Positions 18,386-29,230 of a stretch of 64,000 nucleotides of DNA are shown piece by piece. The stretch is from Acidobacteriota bacterium. GTDB lineage: Bacteria; Acidobacteriota; UBA6911. The notes under the pieces are model-generated. The model was not told the DNA's origin. It made no database searches and saw nothing but the letters and a program-made list of their open reading frames with translations. Each line of letters begins with the position of its first letter. The first letter of the stretch is position 1. The DNA is taken from positions 34,494-98,493 of the forward strand of contig JAFGIY010000118.1 in NCBI GenBank assembly GCA_016929335.1. Reading direction: 5' to 3'. The position numbers and the translations under genes were made by a program.

Positions 18386-20797
18386 TCACTCGCGGTTTCC
18401 GAGCGCAGGCTGATGGCATGCAGTACAGCTTTCCGGTGTATAAGAAGTATGATTTGCAGGAAACGGGCGGATCTCTCCTGTGTTGTGGCACGTCGTGCAA
18501 TTTCTATAGATACCCTCCTCAATCGAGTGTGGAACGAATCCCGGTTGCCCCCCTGTCAAGCTCTCATCGGTTGCACTGATGAGCAAATCAGGCGATGGTT
18601 TGTGGCAGATGCGGCACGATTCCAACGGCCTTTCCCGGTGGTTGTGAGGCATCGGTCCTATTGCTGAAGGACCGTGGCATTGATGGCACTTCTTTCCGTC
18701 TGCAAGGAAATGAGGAACGAGCGGCGCAAGCACGGTTTCGGCAGCGGCACGAGAGGATGATTCCGGCGCTGCCACGCGATTGACACCGCGTTTTGGTTTT
18801 ACAGGCAAAGCCAGAACGCGGGAGGTTTCCACAGTCGCTGCCCAGTAAATGGTGCCCACGCCCACAACCGTAACGGCAATGGCGATTGACGCGAACAGGA
18901 TCAGATGCCGCCGCATCGCCGGATGCTTTCGCAGGGGATGCATTTCACCTGCAATCAGCCTTTTCAATTCATGCCCGTGTTCTTCCTCCATCTGCTTTGC
19001 TGTAAGCCTTCCAGTGAACATGCTTCTATTAAATGCCTTGACGTGAACATGATAGAAATGCCACACGATGATCGCCAGAACGGCCAGGATGGCTTCACCG
19101 ACATGAGCGGCCTTGGCTGCCGGAATGAATTGGCTCGGCAGATATCTTGCAGTAACCAGGGGATTCAGAAGCAATAAACCGGTCAGTCCCATAATCGCGC
19201 TGCCCCATAGCAAAGACCAGTATTCCAGCTTCTCCGCGAAGGTGTAGCGCGGCATTTGAGGAGGCTCCTCCGTCATCAGCAAGTTGTACCGCAGCAGATG
19301 ACGCGCATCGCTGATATCCTTTCCTTCAATCCCCATTGCCATGTGTTCCCGGCGCACAATAGCCTTGTAGCTCACAACGATAAGGTGATACACGCCCAGA
19401 AGAACAAAAACGACGGCTACCTTTCTATGGCAGATGCGCAATGCTTCGTGCCCGCCCAACCAATAAATGATCCGGCTTACAACCGGATACGCAGCGCCTG
19501 CCTGGATAAATCCTGTAAACGCCAGGGCCGTAAAGCTGAAAGTCAGCACTGCGTGCTCAATTTGCTGCATTATTGTGAAGCGCCTGGGAATCCGGGGAAC
19601 GGCATTCGATGCCTTCTTCTCTGCCATTATCTCCGGGGGCTTTCGGGATCCCGTTTTTCTGCGCCTGTAGTAACGTCTGATTCGGCCTGTTGCGTCCATG
19701 AGCACAAAAATCGTCATGCCGCCGATCGTGACCGGAATTAGAACCCGATAAAACAGATTTATATAATACACAAGTGGGAATCGATCCCGAGTGGGGGCAA
19801 AATGACCAACCCAGCTGTCCGGAAAATCGGCGGTAGCGTCCGGATGGCAGCGGCGGCACGTAGACAGCAGATTCTGTTTGATAGCCTGAGGATCGCCATT
19901 CGACACCTTTTGAATTCGATGTACGCCGTGGCAGTCCGTGCATACGGCTTCGTTCGTTTGCCGGCCGGGATGTTCCTTTTCAAACAGCATTACGGTCGAT
20001 CCATGAAAATCCGCGACATAGGTGTCGAAAACTCTGTGGGAAAGATTGTATTTGCGCATCATCGCGGCATTGCCATGGCATCGGCCGCAGATTTTCGGAG
20101 ATTTCAGGCGGAATGCCATCGTGGTCGGATCTTCCTGGCGATGCGTTCCATGGCAGTCCGTGCAGGCAGGCACATCCGGATTGCTGATTTGCAGCAGCGC
20201 CTCGCCGTGCGCACTCGTCAGATATTCTGCATATATTTCCCTATGGCATTGACCGCAATTTGCGGAGACCATTTGCCGAGACTGGTCCGGTCTTGCCACT
20301 TCATGGCTGCCATGGCAATCGACACAGATTGCAGCATCGCGATTGCCGGCGGCGAGCTTTCGACCATGAGTGCCGTCCAGCGCCTGCTGGTACTGGTAAG
20401 GATGGCACCCCTGGCACTTTCGATATCGCTCGATTTGAAAATCGCGATAATTATCCGCCGATATTGCCGGATGGGGATAGCCATTCAGATCTTTGTGACA
20501 GTCTTTGCAGCTCAATTCCCCATGAACTGAAGATTGAAAAGATTCAACGTCTATGGTGAGTGACAGCCGTTCGCCGCCAGGAAATTGCGTGCTCAATCCC
20601 TCGGTGCCGTGGCAACCTGCACAACCGGCATCTTCACCCTCCGCAGCGGCAGCTGTTGAGATGCAGGCAAGCTCGAACAGAAGAGACAGGACCGCGTAGA
20701 ATGCAGGCTTCAGGATCTGCCTGATGGATAAAGCGCAGCACATGCAGTCTCCCGGAAAGATAAACCAGATCGCGCGTGCAGAAAACGATGCCGGCAA
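18386..20797 (-). CDS. CbcL-like multiheme cytochrome c / cytochrome b fusion with extra C-terminal tetraheme domain
   Basis: 9 N-terminal CxxCH, FdnI-like cytochrome b (QIEH, ICHR, EKLEYW, AHVGEA..WHFY), 4 C-terminal CxxCH; start may be a later Met. Confidence 0.88.
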   Translation of the reverse strand: MPASFSARAIWFIFPGDCMCCALSIRQILKPAFYAVLSLLFELACISTAAAAEGEDAGCAGCHGTEGLSTQFPGGERLSLTIDVESFQSSVHGELSCKDCHKDLNGYPHPAISADNYRDFQIERYRKCQGCHPYQYQQALDGTHGRKLAAGNRDAAICVDCHGSHEVARPDQSRQMVSANCGQCHREIYAEYLTSAHGEALLQISNPDVPACTDCHGTHRQEDPTTMAFRLKSPKICGRCHGNAAMMRKYNLSHRVFDTYVADFHGSTVMLFEKEHPGRQTNEAVCTDCHGVHRIQKVSNGDPQAIKQNLLSTCRRCHPDATADFPDSWVGHFAPTRDRFPLVYYINLFYRVLIPVTIGGMTIFVLMDATGRIRRYYRRRKTGSRKPPEIMAEKKASNAVPRIPRRFTIMQQIEHAVLTFSFTALAFTGFIQAGAAYPVVSRIIYWLGGHEALRICHRKVAVVFVLLGVYHLIVVSYKAIVRREHMAMGIEGKDISDARHLLRYNLLMTEEPPQMPRYTFAEKLEYWSLLWGSAIMGLTGLLLLNPLVTARYLPSQFIPAAKAAHVGEAILAVLAIIVWHFYHVHVKAFNRSMFTGRLTAKQMEEEHGHELKRLIAGEMHPLRKHPAMRRHLILFASIAIAVTVVGVGTIYWAATVETSRVLALPVKPKRGVNRVAAPESSSRAAAETVLAPLVPHFLADGKKCHQCHGPSAIGPMPHNHRERPLESCRICHKPSPDLLISATDESLTGGQPGFVPHSIEEGIYRNCTTCHNTGEIRPFPANHTSYTPESCTACHQPALGNRE

Positions 20798-21078
20798 TTC
20801 AGAAAATCTTCCTGCTGATAAACCAGCGGAACGAAGATCCTACCCGGTCTGACCGTAAAAAGAAACAGAATTCTCTCTCCTGCCATAATAGAAGAGTGAA
20901 TCGTTGAAATCACGGCTGCAGGTTACGTATTCCGTCGTTATCCGACGATGAACAGGAAAAGCCTCCCATATATGCCCGCGGAGGCGGACAGATCTCAAAA
21001 AATCCTTCCCTTCGGGCAGTCTGGCACGGACAATGCATGCCATTTTGTGGATGGAGAATACAAAACAAGGCAACATCG

Positions 21079-21612
21079 ATGATTCAAGATATTGTTTTAT
21101 ATCCTGACAAGCGTTTGGAAACCCCCTGCTCTGCAGTTGAGGAGTTTAACACTGAGGATCTTCATCGACTGATCGACGACATGTTTGAGACCATGTATGC
21201 AAATGGGGGCTTAGGCCTGGCTGCGCCCCAAATTGGCGTCATGAAACGGGTGACCGTAATCGACATTTCGTCGGGTAAAGATCCGAGCAAAAAGATCATT
21301 CTTATTAATCCGACAATTACCGATATGAAGGGCACTCAACGCGGCGAGGAAGGATGTCTTTGCTTTCCGGGTTTTATGGAACAGGTCACCCGCTCGATGA
21401 CTGTCTCAGTAGCGGCAACCAATTCTGCAGGCGCAACCTATCAAATGCAGGGGGAAGGGATATTGGCGCGGGCGTTGCAGCACGAAATTGATCATTTGAA
21501 TGGGATTTTATTCATTCGGCGCATGAGTTCACTGAAACGCGAGCTGATCCGCCATAAGATTCGTAAAATGCTCCGGACTGGCGACTGGAAAGCCGGCGGA
21601 AGATCCGCATAA
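21079..21612 (+). CDS. def: Peptide deformylase
   Basis: GLGLAAPQIG, EGCL, QHEIDHLNG. Confidence 0.95.
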   Translation: MIQDIVLYPDKRLETPCSAVEEFNTEDLHRLIDDMFETMYANGGLGLAAPQIGVMKRVTVIDISSGKDPSKKIILINPTITDMKGTQRGEEGCLCFPGFMEQVTRSMTVSVAATNSAGATYQMQGEGILARALQHEIDHLNGILFIRRMSSLKRELIRHKIRKMLRTGDWKAGGRSA

Positions 21613-21746
21613 ATCCCGATTCCAACGCGGCAGGAATTCCCATAAGGGCTGTGGACCGCCCCATATTGGACGGACTGTCATTCCACTACCCACTATTTCG
21701 CCTGCACGAGTCTATCGCATCGGCCGTAAATGGAAAACTCCGGCTC

Positions 21747-22580
21747 TTAGATCTCGATAACGGTCCCCGCCTTGTTGAAGAAAAGAGCCTCGCTGAATTC
21801 CTGAGCCAGGAGAACGATGGCTTTCAAGTCGGTGCAGTGGCACAAGCCCAGATTCTGAACATTCAAATCGCGCAGGGCAGCGATTGTCTGCCACATGCGT
21901 TCCTCGGAAGCGTCAAGAAGATGAGAGCCGCCCACCACGGCATAAATTCTGTCTTCTCCGGTCAACTGTCTGGCGTGATATAGGGTGTTGATAATGCCCC
22001 TATGAGCGCAGCCCAAAATTACCGCAAGGCCCTTCTTTGTCTTAACAATAAGAGCCTGGTCATCCATAACCGCATCCTGCTTCCAGCTTGTCCCCTCTTT
22101 GACGAGCAGAGCGGCATCGATTTCCTCAAAAGAATTGGTCATCGGGACTTCGCCGGTTGTCATAATGGAATCGCTGATTTTTACCGGCTTTTTATCGAGG
22201 ACAAATAAAGCGCCAAGACTTTCCAGTTCGCTCTGTTGAAAAGGGATCCCGATATACCGGCCTTCTTCGTTTTTGCGGCGCGAGAATTTTGGCTGCCAGA
22301 TATCCGGATGAGCAATTACTTCCACTCTTTTTCTCATTCGTCGCAAAACTTCACGCAAACCTCCCGTATGGTCGAAATGGCCATGGCTTAAAACGATTTT
22401 GTCTATGGCACGCAGATCAATACCAAGCGTGTCGGCGTTGTAAACGCAGGAATATCCCTGTCCCGTATCAAGCAGGACTTTTGTGTTTTCTGTTTCTACC
22501 AGGATACTCAGCCCCCATTCAGCTGCAAAATTCCCAATGGAGGAAGTGTTTTCACTCAAGGTTGTCAGGCGCAGCCCCAT
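21747..22580 (-). CDS. MBL-fold metallo-hydrolase (archaeal dihydropteroate-synthase-like subfamily)
   Basis: EWGLS, DTGQ, SHGHFDHTGG, DDQAL, GCAHRG, GGSH, CHCT. Confidence 0.88.
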   Translation of the reverse strand: MGLRLTTLSENTSSIGNFAAEWGLSILVETENTKVLLDTGQGYSCVYNADTLGIDLRAIDKIVLSHGHFDHTGGLREVLRRMRKRVEVIAHPDIWQPKFSRRKNEEGRYIGIPFQQSELESLGALFVLDKKPVKISDSIMTTGEVPMTNSFEEIDAALLVKEGTSWKQDAVMDDQALIVKTKKGLAVILGCAHRGIINTLYHARQLTGEDRIYAVVGGSHLLDASEERMWQTIAALRDLNVQNLGLCHCTDLKAIVLLAQEFSEALFFNKAGTVIEI

Positions 22581-22661
22581 ATCAATTTCTCCCTTTTCGC
22601 GTATTCAAAGCCTGCACTGTTGACTGACTCAATCAAATCTAAAAAAGTTATGCTGACGCGA

Positions 22662-24044
<1,383 letters not shown>

Positions 24045-24180
24045 CTCCAGGCACTCCCGTTGGAATCCCGCTCCACTGCGCTATCCATGCAGATGCCGTA
24101 CCACTCGCCGGCTATTGGCGTTTTACAGCCGCTCCCTTGATGAAACCCGGGAACCTGAAGGAAACCGGAAGAAAGATGCA

Positions 24181-24225
24181 TTGCAAAATGCATGAAGGCA
24201 TTTCGTCCTTATATGCATATTGCAA
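24181..24225. promoter_or_regulatory. Pair of TGCA-N3-TGCA boxes (candidate upstream activator sites)
   Basis: TTGCAAAATGCAT (24181) and ATGCATATTGCAA (24213), 32 bp apart. Confidence 0.6.
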
Positions 24226-24346
24226 GAATATAAGGGAGCTTCCCGGGTGAAAGAGGAAGACTCATCGGATAAAATAAACGGGAAATCCGGCCTGCAGGGA
24301 AAGCAACGGTCGTTTTCAATGAATCCGCAGATACCGGTACAGGATC

Positions 24347-24361
24347 TGGCACAATCATTGC
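24347..24361 (+). promoter_or_regulatory. sigma54 -24/-12 promoter of the Mrp gene
   Basis: TGGCAC-AATCA-TTGC consensus match, divergent from a sigma54 activator gene. Confidence 0.8.
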
Positions 24362-24432
24362 CTGCATAGGTCGGAGACAAATATTTGATCGCAAAGAATT
24401 GAAACGAGAAACCGCTTGGAAAAGGCAAACAG

Positions 24433-25512
24433 ATGGTGACGGAATCAGAGGTGAGAAAAGCCCTCGGGCAGGTTCAGGACCCGGAGCATGGGCAAAGCAT
24501 TATCGCCTTGGGTATGGTGCGCGATTTGGAGATCCAGGGGGGAAAGGTAACCTTCACGTTAGCGCTTACAAACCTGGCATGTCCATTCAAAGATCGGATG
24601 GTTAATGGCGCCAGGGAGGCGATACAATCCCTGGAAGGGGTAAAGAGCATTGATATCTATCTGGCAGAGATGACTGCGAAGGAAAAGGCTGCATTAACCA
24701 GGGAAGATGCGCCTAAAAGCGTGGCGGAAAAGCTTAACGACGTTAAGCACGTGATAGCCATCATGAGCGGGAAAGGCGGAGTAGGTAAATCCCTGGTTAC
24801 AGGACTTCTTGCAACCAGCATGCGCCGTATGGGACACAAGGTAGGCATATTGGATGCAGACATCACCGGACCCAGCATTCCCAAGATGTTTTTCAAGGAC
24901 GGCGCGCGCCCCGAAGCCAGTCCAATGGCTCTATTGCCGCCAAAAACACGGACCGGCATATCCATCATGTCCATAAACTTGCTGCTGGAGAGCGAAGACC
25001 AGGCCGTAATCTGGCGAGGTCCTCTCATCAGCAACACTATTAAGCAGTTCTGGACGGAAGTTCTATGGGGTGATCTGGACTACCTGCTGGTGGATCTGCC
25101 GCCGGGAACATCGGACGCTTCGCTGACAGTGCTTCAATCTCTTCCCATGAGTGGAGTGGTTCTGGTCACATCACCTCAGAACCTGGCGGGCATGGTCGTG
25201 CGCAAAGCGGCGAACATGGTGCGTGATATTGGTATTCCGATATTGGGATTGCTGGAAAACATGAGCTATTTCGTGTGTCCCGATACGGGGGCGCATCATG
25301 AAATATTCGGCAAAAGCAATCCGGAGGATATGGCATCGGAGCTCGGCATGCCGTTCCTGGGGTGTCTGCCGATAGATCCCCTTATTACCTCGCTATGCGA
25401 TAGAGGCGAGGTCGAGAGCTATCCGGGAGACCTGTTCGAGCCGTTTGCCGGCAGGATCGTGGAACTTGCACCGGCTGCCAGCTCTCCCAAAATGCAAAAG
25501 CATTCTTCCTGA
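24433..25512 (+). CDS. mrp: Mrp/NBP35 Fe-S carrier ATPase with N-terminal MIP18-like domain
   Basis: VQDPE..SIIALGMV, LACP; SGKGGVGKS, DADITGPS, WRGP, DLPPGT, ENMS. Confidence 0.92.
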   Translation: MVTESEVRKALGQVQDPEHGQSIIALGMVRDLEIQGGKVTFTLALTNLACPFKDRMVNGAREAIQSLEGVKSIDIYLAEMTAKEKAALTREDAPKSVAEKLNDVKHVIAIMSGKGGVGKSLVTGLLATSMRRMGHKVGILDADITGPSIPKMFFKDGARPEASPMALLPPKTRTGISIMSINLLLESEDQAVIWRGPLISNTIKQFWTEVLWGDLDYLLVDLPPGTSDASLTVLQSLPMSGVVLVTSPQNLAGMVVRKAANMVRDIGIPILGLLENMSYFVCPDTGAHHEIFGKSNPEDMASELGMPFLGCLPIDPLITSLCDRGEVESYPGDLFEPFAGRIVELAPAASSPKMQKHSS

Positions 25513-25583
25513 TTTTCAGGAGGACGCTCTGCATACAATGAGTATTGCTATTATTGGCATTCAGGACGGGCTCACGCAAAAAG

Positions 25584-25599
25584 TGGCACGCGATTTGCA
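25584..25599 (+). promoter_or_regulatory. sigma54 -24/-12 promoter of the NifX-FmdB-radical SAM operon
   Basis: TGGCACGCGATTTGCA consensus match. Confidence 0.8.
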
Positions 25600-25611
25600 C
25601 TGGCAAAGCGT

Positions 25612-26007
25612 ATGAGAGTAGCTATCCCATTATGGCAAGGACGCGTATCGCCGGTATTCGATGAGGCAAACAGGCTTCTGCTTGTAGACTTCTCAGAGAA
25701 ACGGGAACAGCATCGACAAGTGGAATCTCTGATAGCACGAAATCCCTTCGAGAGGGCTCAACTGCTTCCAAAACTTGGAGTGGATCTTATCGTATGTGGA
25801 ATGATCTCTCAGACTCAGGAGGCGGCGCTTGTTTCAGCCGGGATCCGCATAATCCCGCACATCTGCGGCCCTATGGAGGAAGTAATAGCCGCTGTACTCG
25901 ATGGACGCATTGAAAATGGGGCGTTTCTTATGCCCGGATGCGGCGGTCGCAAACGGAAGCGCAGCCGTATGGCCGGGCGAGGATGGAAAGAAGACTGCAG
26001 ACAATGA
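25612..26007 (+). CDS. NifB/NifX (FeMo-co binding/ORP-like) family protein
   Basis: RVAIP..GRVSPVFD, VDLIVCG, MPGC plus basic tail. Confidence 0.85.
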   Translation: MRVAIPLWQGRVSPVFDEANRLLLVDFSEKREQHRQVESLIARNPFERAQLLPKLGVDLIVCGMISQTQEAALVSAGIRIIPHICGPMEEVIAAVLDGRIENGAFLMPGCGGRKRKRSRMAGRGWKEDCRQ

Positions 26008-26270
26008 TCACTTATGAATATCAATGTGAATCCTGCGGCAGGCGATTTGAGTTCCGGCAGGCTATCACGCAAAAACCGATCGAAGAGTGTCCGGAATGCC
26101 ATGGGAAATTAAGCCCGATGGTCAGCGGAGGATCCGGTTTTATTATCAAAGGCGGAAGCAGTGAAAGACCGACCCGAAATGGTAATGGCTGCTCGTTTGA
26201 ATCGTCAGGAAAGACCTGTTGTGGCCAGACGGAGCGTTGTGGAAAGCCTCCATGCGGAATCAGGTCATGA
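26004..26270 (+). CDS. FmdB family zinc-ribbon protein with extra Cys-rich tail
   Basis: MITYEYQCESC...CPEC...SGFIIKG; ATGA overlap with the upstream gene. Confidence 0.88.
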   Translation: MITYEYQCESCGRRFEFRQAITQKPIEECPECHGKLSPMVSGGSGFIIKGGSSERPTRNGNGCSFESSGKTCCGQTERCGKPPCGIRS

Positions 26271-27232
26271 ATACCCGACGTCTGAAACACATCTACGGGC
26301 CTGTTCCCTCCCGGCGCCTGGGACGATCCCTTGGGATCGACCTTGTGCCCTATAAAACCTGCACATACGACTGCATTTATTGCCACCTGGGACCGACTAC
26401 AAATAAGACTATCAAACGCAGGGAATATGTTGCGATAGCCGACATAATACAGGAACTGGAAGAGAAATTATCCGGATCGGATACTTTCGACTATATCAGT
26501 CTGGCCGGCTCCGGAGAACCCACGCTCAACAGCGGAATCGGAGATTTAATCCTCAAGCTTAAAAGCATGACACGCATCCCGGTAGCCGTATTAACCAACG
26601 GATCCCTTCTCTGGATGAAAGAAATACAGGAAGCCCTGATGCCGGCGGACCTGATTCTTCCTTCTCTGGATGCGGGAGACAGTCTGCTTTTTCAATATAC
26701 AAACCGTCCGCACAAGGATATCTCCTTTGAGCAGATGATCAACGGGCTTGCCGGCTTTTCGAACCGGTATAAAGGAGAGATCTGGCTGGAAATCTTTCTG
26801 TTGGCCGGAGTCACAGGGATTCGTGATGAAGTCGAAAAAATCAACTCCATCATCAAGGGCATTAAATTGAGTCGTATCCAGCTGAATACGGTTGCCCGTC
26901 CTCCTGCCAAAACATTCGCGACACCACTATCCCAAAGACAGATGGTATCCCTGAAAAGCATTTTTTCAGGCCAGGTCGAAATCATCAGCGATAGGAACAA
27001 GAAATACCGGCAAAGACTGGCGGCCTCAGATTCGACAAGGAATGACGTTCTTTCGTTGATTTCGAGGAGACCCTGCACCAGCTCGGATATCGCCCGCAGT
27101 CTGGGGTTGAAGGTTGCAGAAGCGCTCAAGCATCTCGACGCGCTCATCCTCGCCGGGAAGGTGGCGACGGTTCGTTTAAGTGAAAAAACCTTTTATGCCG
27201 CGAAGGAATCATCCCATGCTTTGAGGTCCTGA
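26267..27232 (+). CDS. Radical SAM protein with C-terminal HTH
   Basis: YGPVPSRRLGRSLGID, CTYDCIYC, GSGEPTL, LTNG; ATGA overlap. Confidence 0.9.
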   Translation: MNTRRLKHIYGPVPSRRLGRSLGIDLVPYKTCTYDCIYCHLGPTTNKTIKRREYVAIADIIQELEEKLSGSDTFDYISLAGSGEPTLNSGIGDLILKLKSMTRIPVAVLTNGSLLWMKEIQEALMPADLILPSLDAGDSLLFQYTNRPHKDISFEQMINGLAGFSNRYKGEIWLEIFLLAGVTGIRDEVEKINSIIKGIKLSRIQLNTVARPPAKTFATPLSQRQMVSLKSIFSGQVEIISDRNKKYRQRLAASDSTRNDVLSLISRRPCTSSDIARSLGLKVAEALKHLDALILAGKVATVRLSEKTFYAAKESSHALRS

Positions 27233-27457
27233 ACAGGTATCCTGCCGGAAGTATTTCGTTCGGGTTTTACTTACCTAAGAGCGCAGTTCCCAGTACAATT
27301 CAAACGCCATTCATCGGGGACGGCATAGCGCATAGCGCGGAATGAAACAGGATTTTGTTTCAGCATGACGAAGACAACGCGGCCGGTTCCATTCGAGGGT
27401 CAGAGTGCTTTGTGATGCATGGCGTTTTTTTAACTGAACACAGGAAAAGGAGATAGC

Positions 27458-29146
27458 GTGAAAGTTGTCATAGTTGGCGGAGTGGCTGCCGGCCCAAAAG
27501 CAGCATCCAGGATCATTCGCATGATGCCCAATGCGGATATCACCATTGTTGAAAAGGACTTGTTCCTCTCTTACGCCGGATGTGGCCTGCCCTATTATGT
27601 ATCCGGAGAAATCAAAGAGCAGAGAGAACTGATGGAAACTTCGGCAGGAGTTGTAAGAGATGCCACGTTCTTCCTGCATGTAAAAAATCTGAAGGTTAAA
27701 AATCATACGGAAGCTTTGGAGATTGACCGCAAGAACAAGCGAGTGCACGTTAAATCGGTGGCAACTGGAGATAAAGCCTGGCTGCATTATGACAAACTGG
27801 TGCTGGCTACCGGCGCTTCTCCCGTAATACCGCCGATTCCCGGAGTGGATAAAAAGAATGTATTTACACTTCATGGGGTCCATGACGCTGAAGGGATCAA
27901 GAAAGTGCTGGCGCAACATAAAGCCAAGGACGTCGTCATTATTGGCGGGGGCCTCATCGGAGTCGAAGCCACCGAAGCATTGGCCACACATGGTTGCAGA
28001 GTGACTATTGTGGAGATGCTGCCGCAGATACTCAATATGCTCGATTGGGAGATAGCGCGTCTGGTTGAAAATTATGTGGAGACGAATGGCGTTCGGGTGA
28101 TGACGGGCACCAAAGCAATTGCCCTGGAAAATCGGGGAGAAACAGATGACATTGTGACCCACGTGCGGACCGACAAGGGAGATTTGCCTGCAGATATTGT
28201 CATTCTGGCAATCGGAGTACGTCCAAATGTCTCATTGGCGCAAAAAGCAGGTCTGACAATAGGAGAAAAAACCGGCGCCATTCAGGTGGACGATCACATG
28301 CGCACCTCGGATCCGGACATCTACGCCGCAGGAGATTGCGTGGAATGCATCGATCGTCTGACAGGGCAACCCTGCTATGTCCCTCTCGGCTCCACAGCCA
28401 ACAAACAGGGCCGCGTGGCTGCCGTAAATATCTGCGGAGGCAATGAGGTTTTCCCCGGAGTTCTGGGGAGCTCCATCTGCAAGGTTTTTGATTATTGTGC
28501 AGCCCGAACGGGGCTTACCGAACGTGCCGCAAAAGACCTCGGATATGAATTGATTACGGCCATGGTCCCCGGCGTAGATAGAGCCCATTACATGCCGAAA
28601 TCCAAGATTCTGCTGATGAAAATCGTTGCGGATAAGAACACCGGCAGGTTATTGGGAGTTCAGGTCACAGGACCGGGAGAAGGGGCCAAAAGAGTTGATG
28701 TCGCGGCCACCGCTATTACAGCAGGCATGACTTTGGATCAGCTGGCGCACCTCGATCTTTCTTACGCTCCGCCATACGCCTCGGCCATGGATAATTTGAT
28801 CACGGCCGCGAATGTAGCCCGCAACAAACGTGACGGATTTATGATAGGCATTCCTGCAGAAGCCGTGCAGCGCAAGATTCAAAATGGAGAGGATTTCGTA
28901 TTTCTCGATGTCCGCACCCCTAATGAGTATGAACAAGTGCATCTGCCCAAATCGACATTGATTCCACTGGGCGCTCTTCGCAGGCGTCTATCCGAAATTC
29001 CCAGAGACAAAGAAGTCATCACATACTGCGCCATTTCGCTGCGAGGGTACGAAGCTTCTTTGATTTTGAGAGCTGCGGGATTTACCGACGTGAAGGTGCT
29101 GGATGGCGGTATAGCCATGTGGCCTTTTGACAGGGAGATTCCTTAG
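27458..29146 (+). CDS. CoA-disulfide/persulfide reductase with rhodanese domain
   Basis: GGVAAG, SYAGCGLPY, GGGLIG, AAGD, YAPPY; rhodanese DVR...YCAISLR. Confidence 0.92.
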   Translation: MKVVIVGGVAAGPKAASRIIRMMPNADITIVEKDLFLSYAGCGLPYYVSGEIKEQRELMETSAGVVRDATFFLHVKNLKVKNHTEALEIDRKNKRVHVKSVATGDKAWLHYDKLVLATGASPVIPPIPGVDKKNVFTLHGVHDAEGIKKVLAQHKAKDVVIIGGGLIGVEATEALATHGCRVTIVEMLPQILNMLDWEIARLVENYVETNGVRVMTGTKAIALENRGETDDIVTHVRTDKGDLPADIVILAIGVRPNVSLAQKAGLTIGEKTGAIQVDDHMRTSDPDIYAAGDCVECIDRLTGQPCYVPLGSTANKQGRVAAVNICGGNEVFPGVLGSSICKVFDYCAARTGLTERAAKDLGYELITAMVPGVDRAHYMPKSKILLMKIVADKNTGRLLGVQVTGPGEGAKRVDVAATAITAGMTLDQLAHLDLSYAPPYASAMDNLITAANVARNKRDGFMIGIPAEAVQRKIQNGEDFVFLDVRTPNEYEQVHLPKSTLIPLGALRRRLSEIPRDKEVITYCAISLRGYEASLILRAAGFTDVKVLDGGIAMWPFDREIP

Positions 29147-29230
29147 CCCGCCAAGGTTTTAAAGAAACGCGGGAAGCAACCCGGCATAGCCGGAGGTTTG
29201 CTCGAAAGAGAATCCTTCAGGAAGCCGGTT

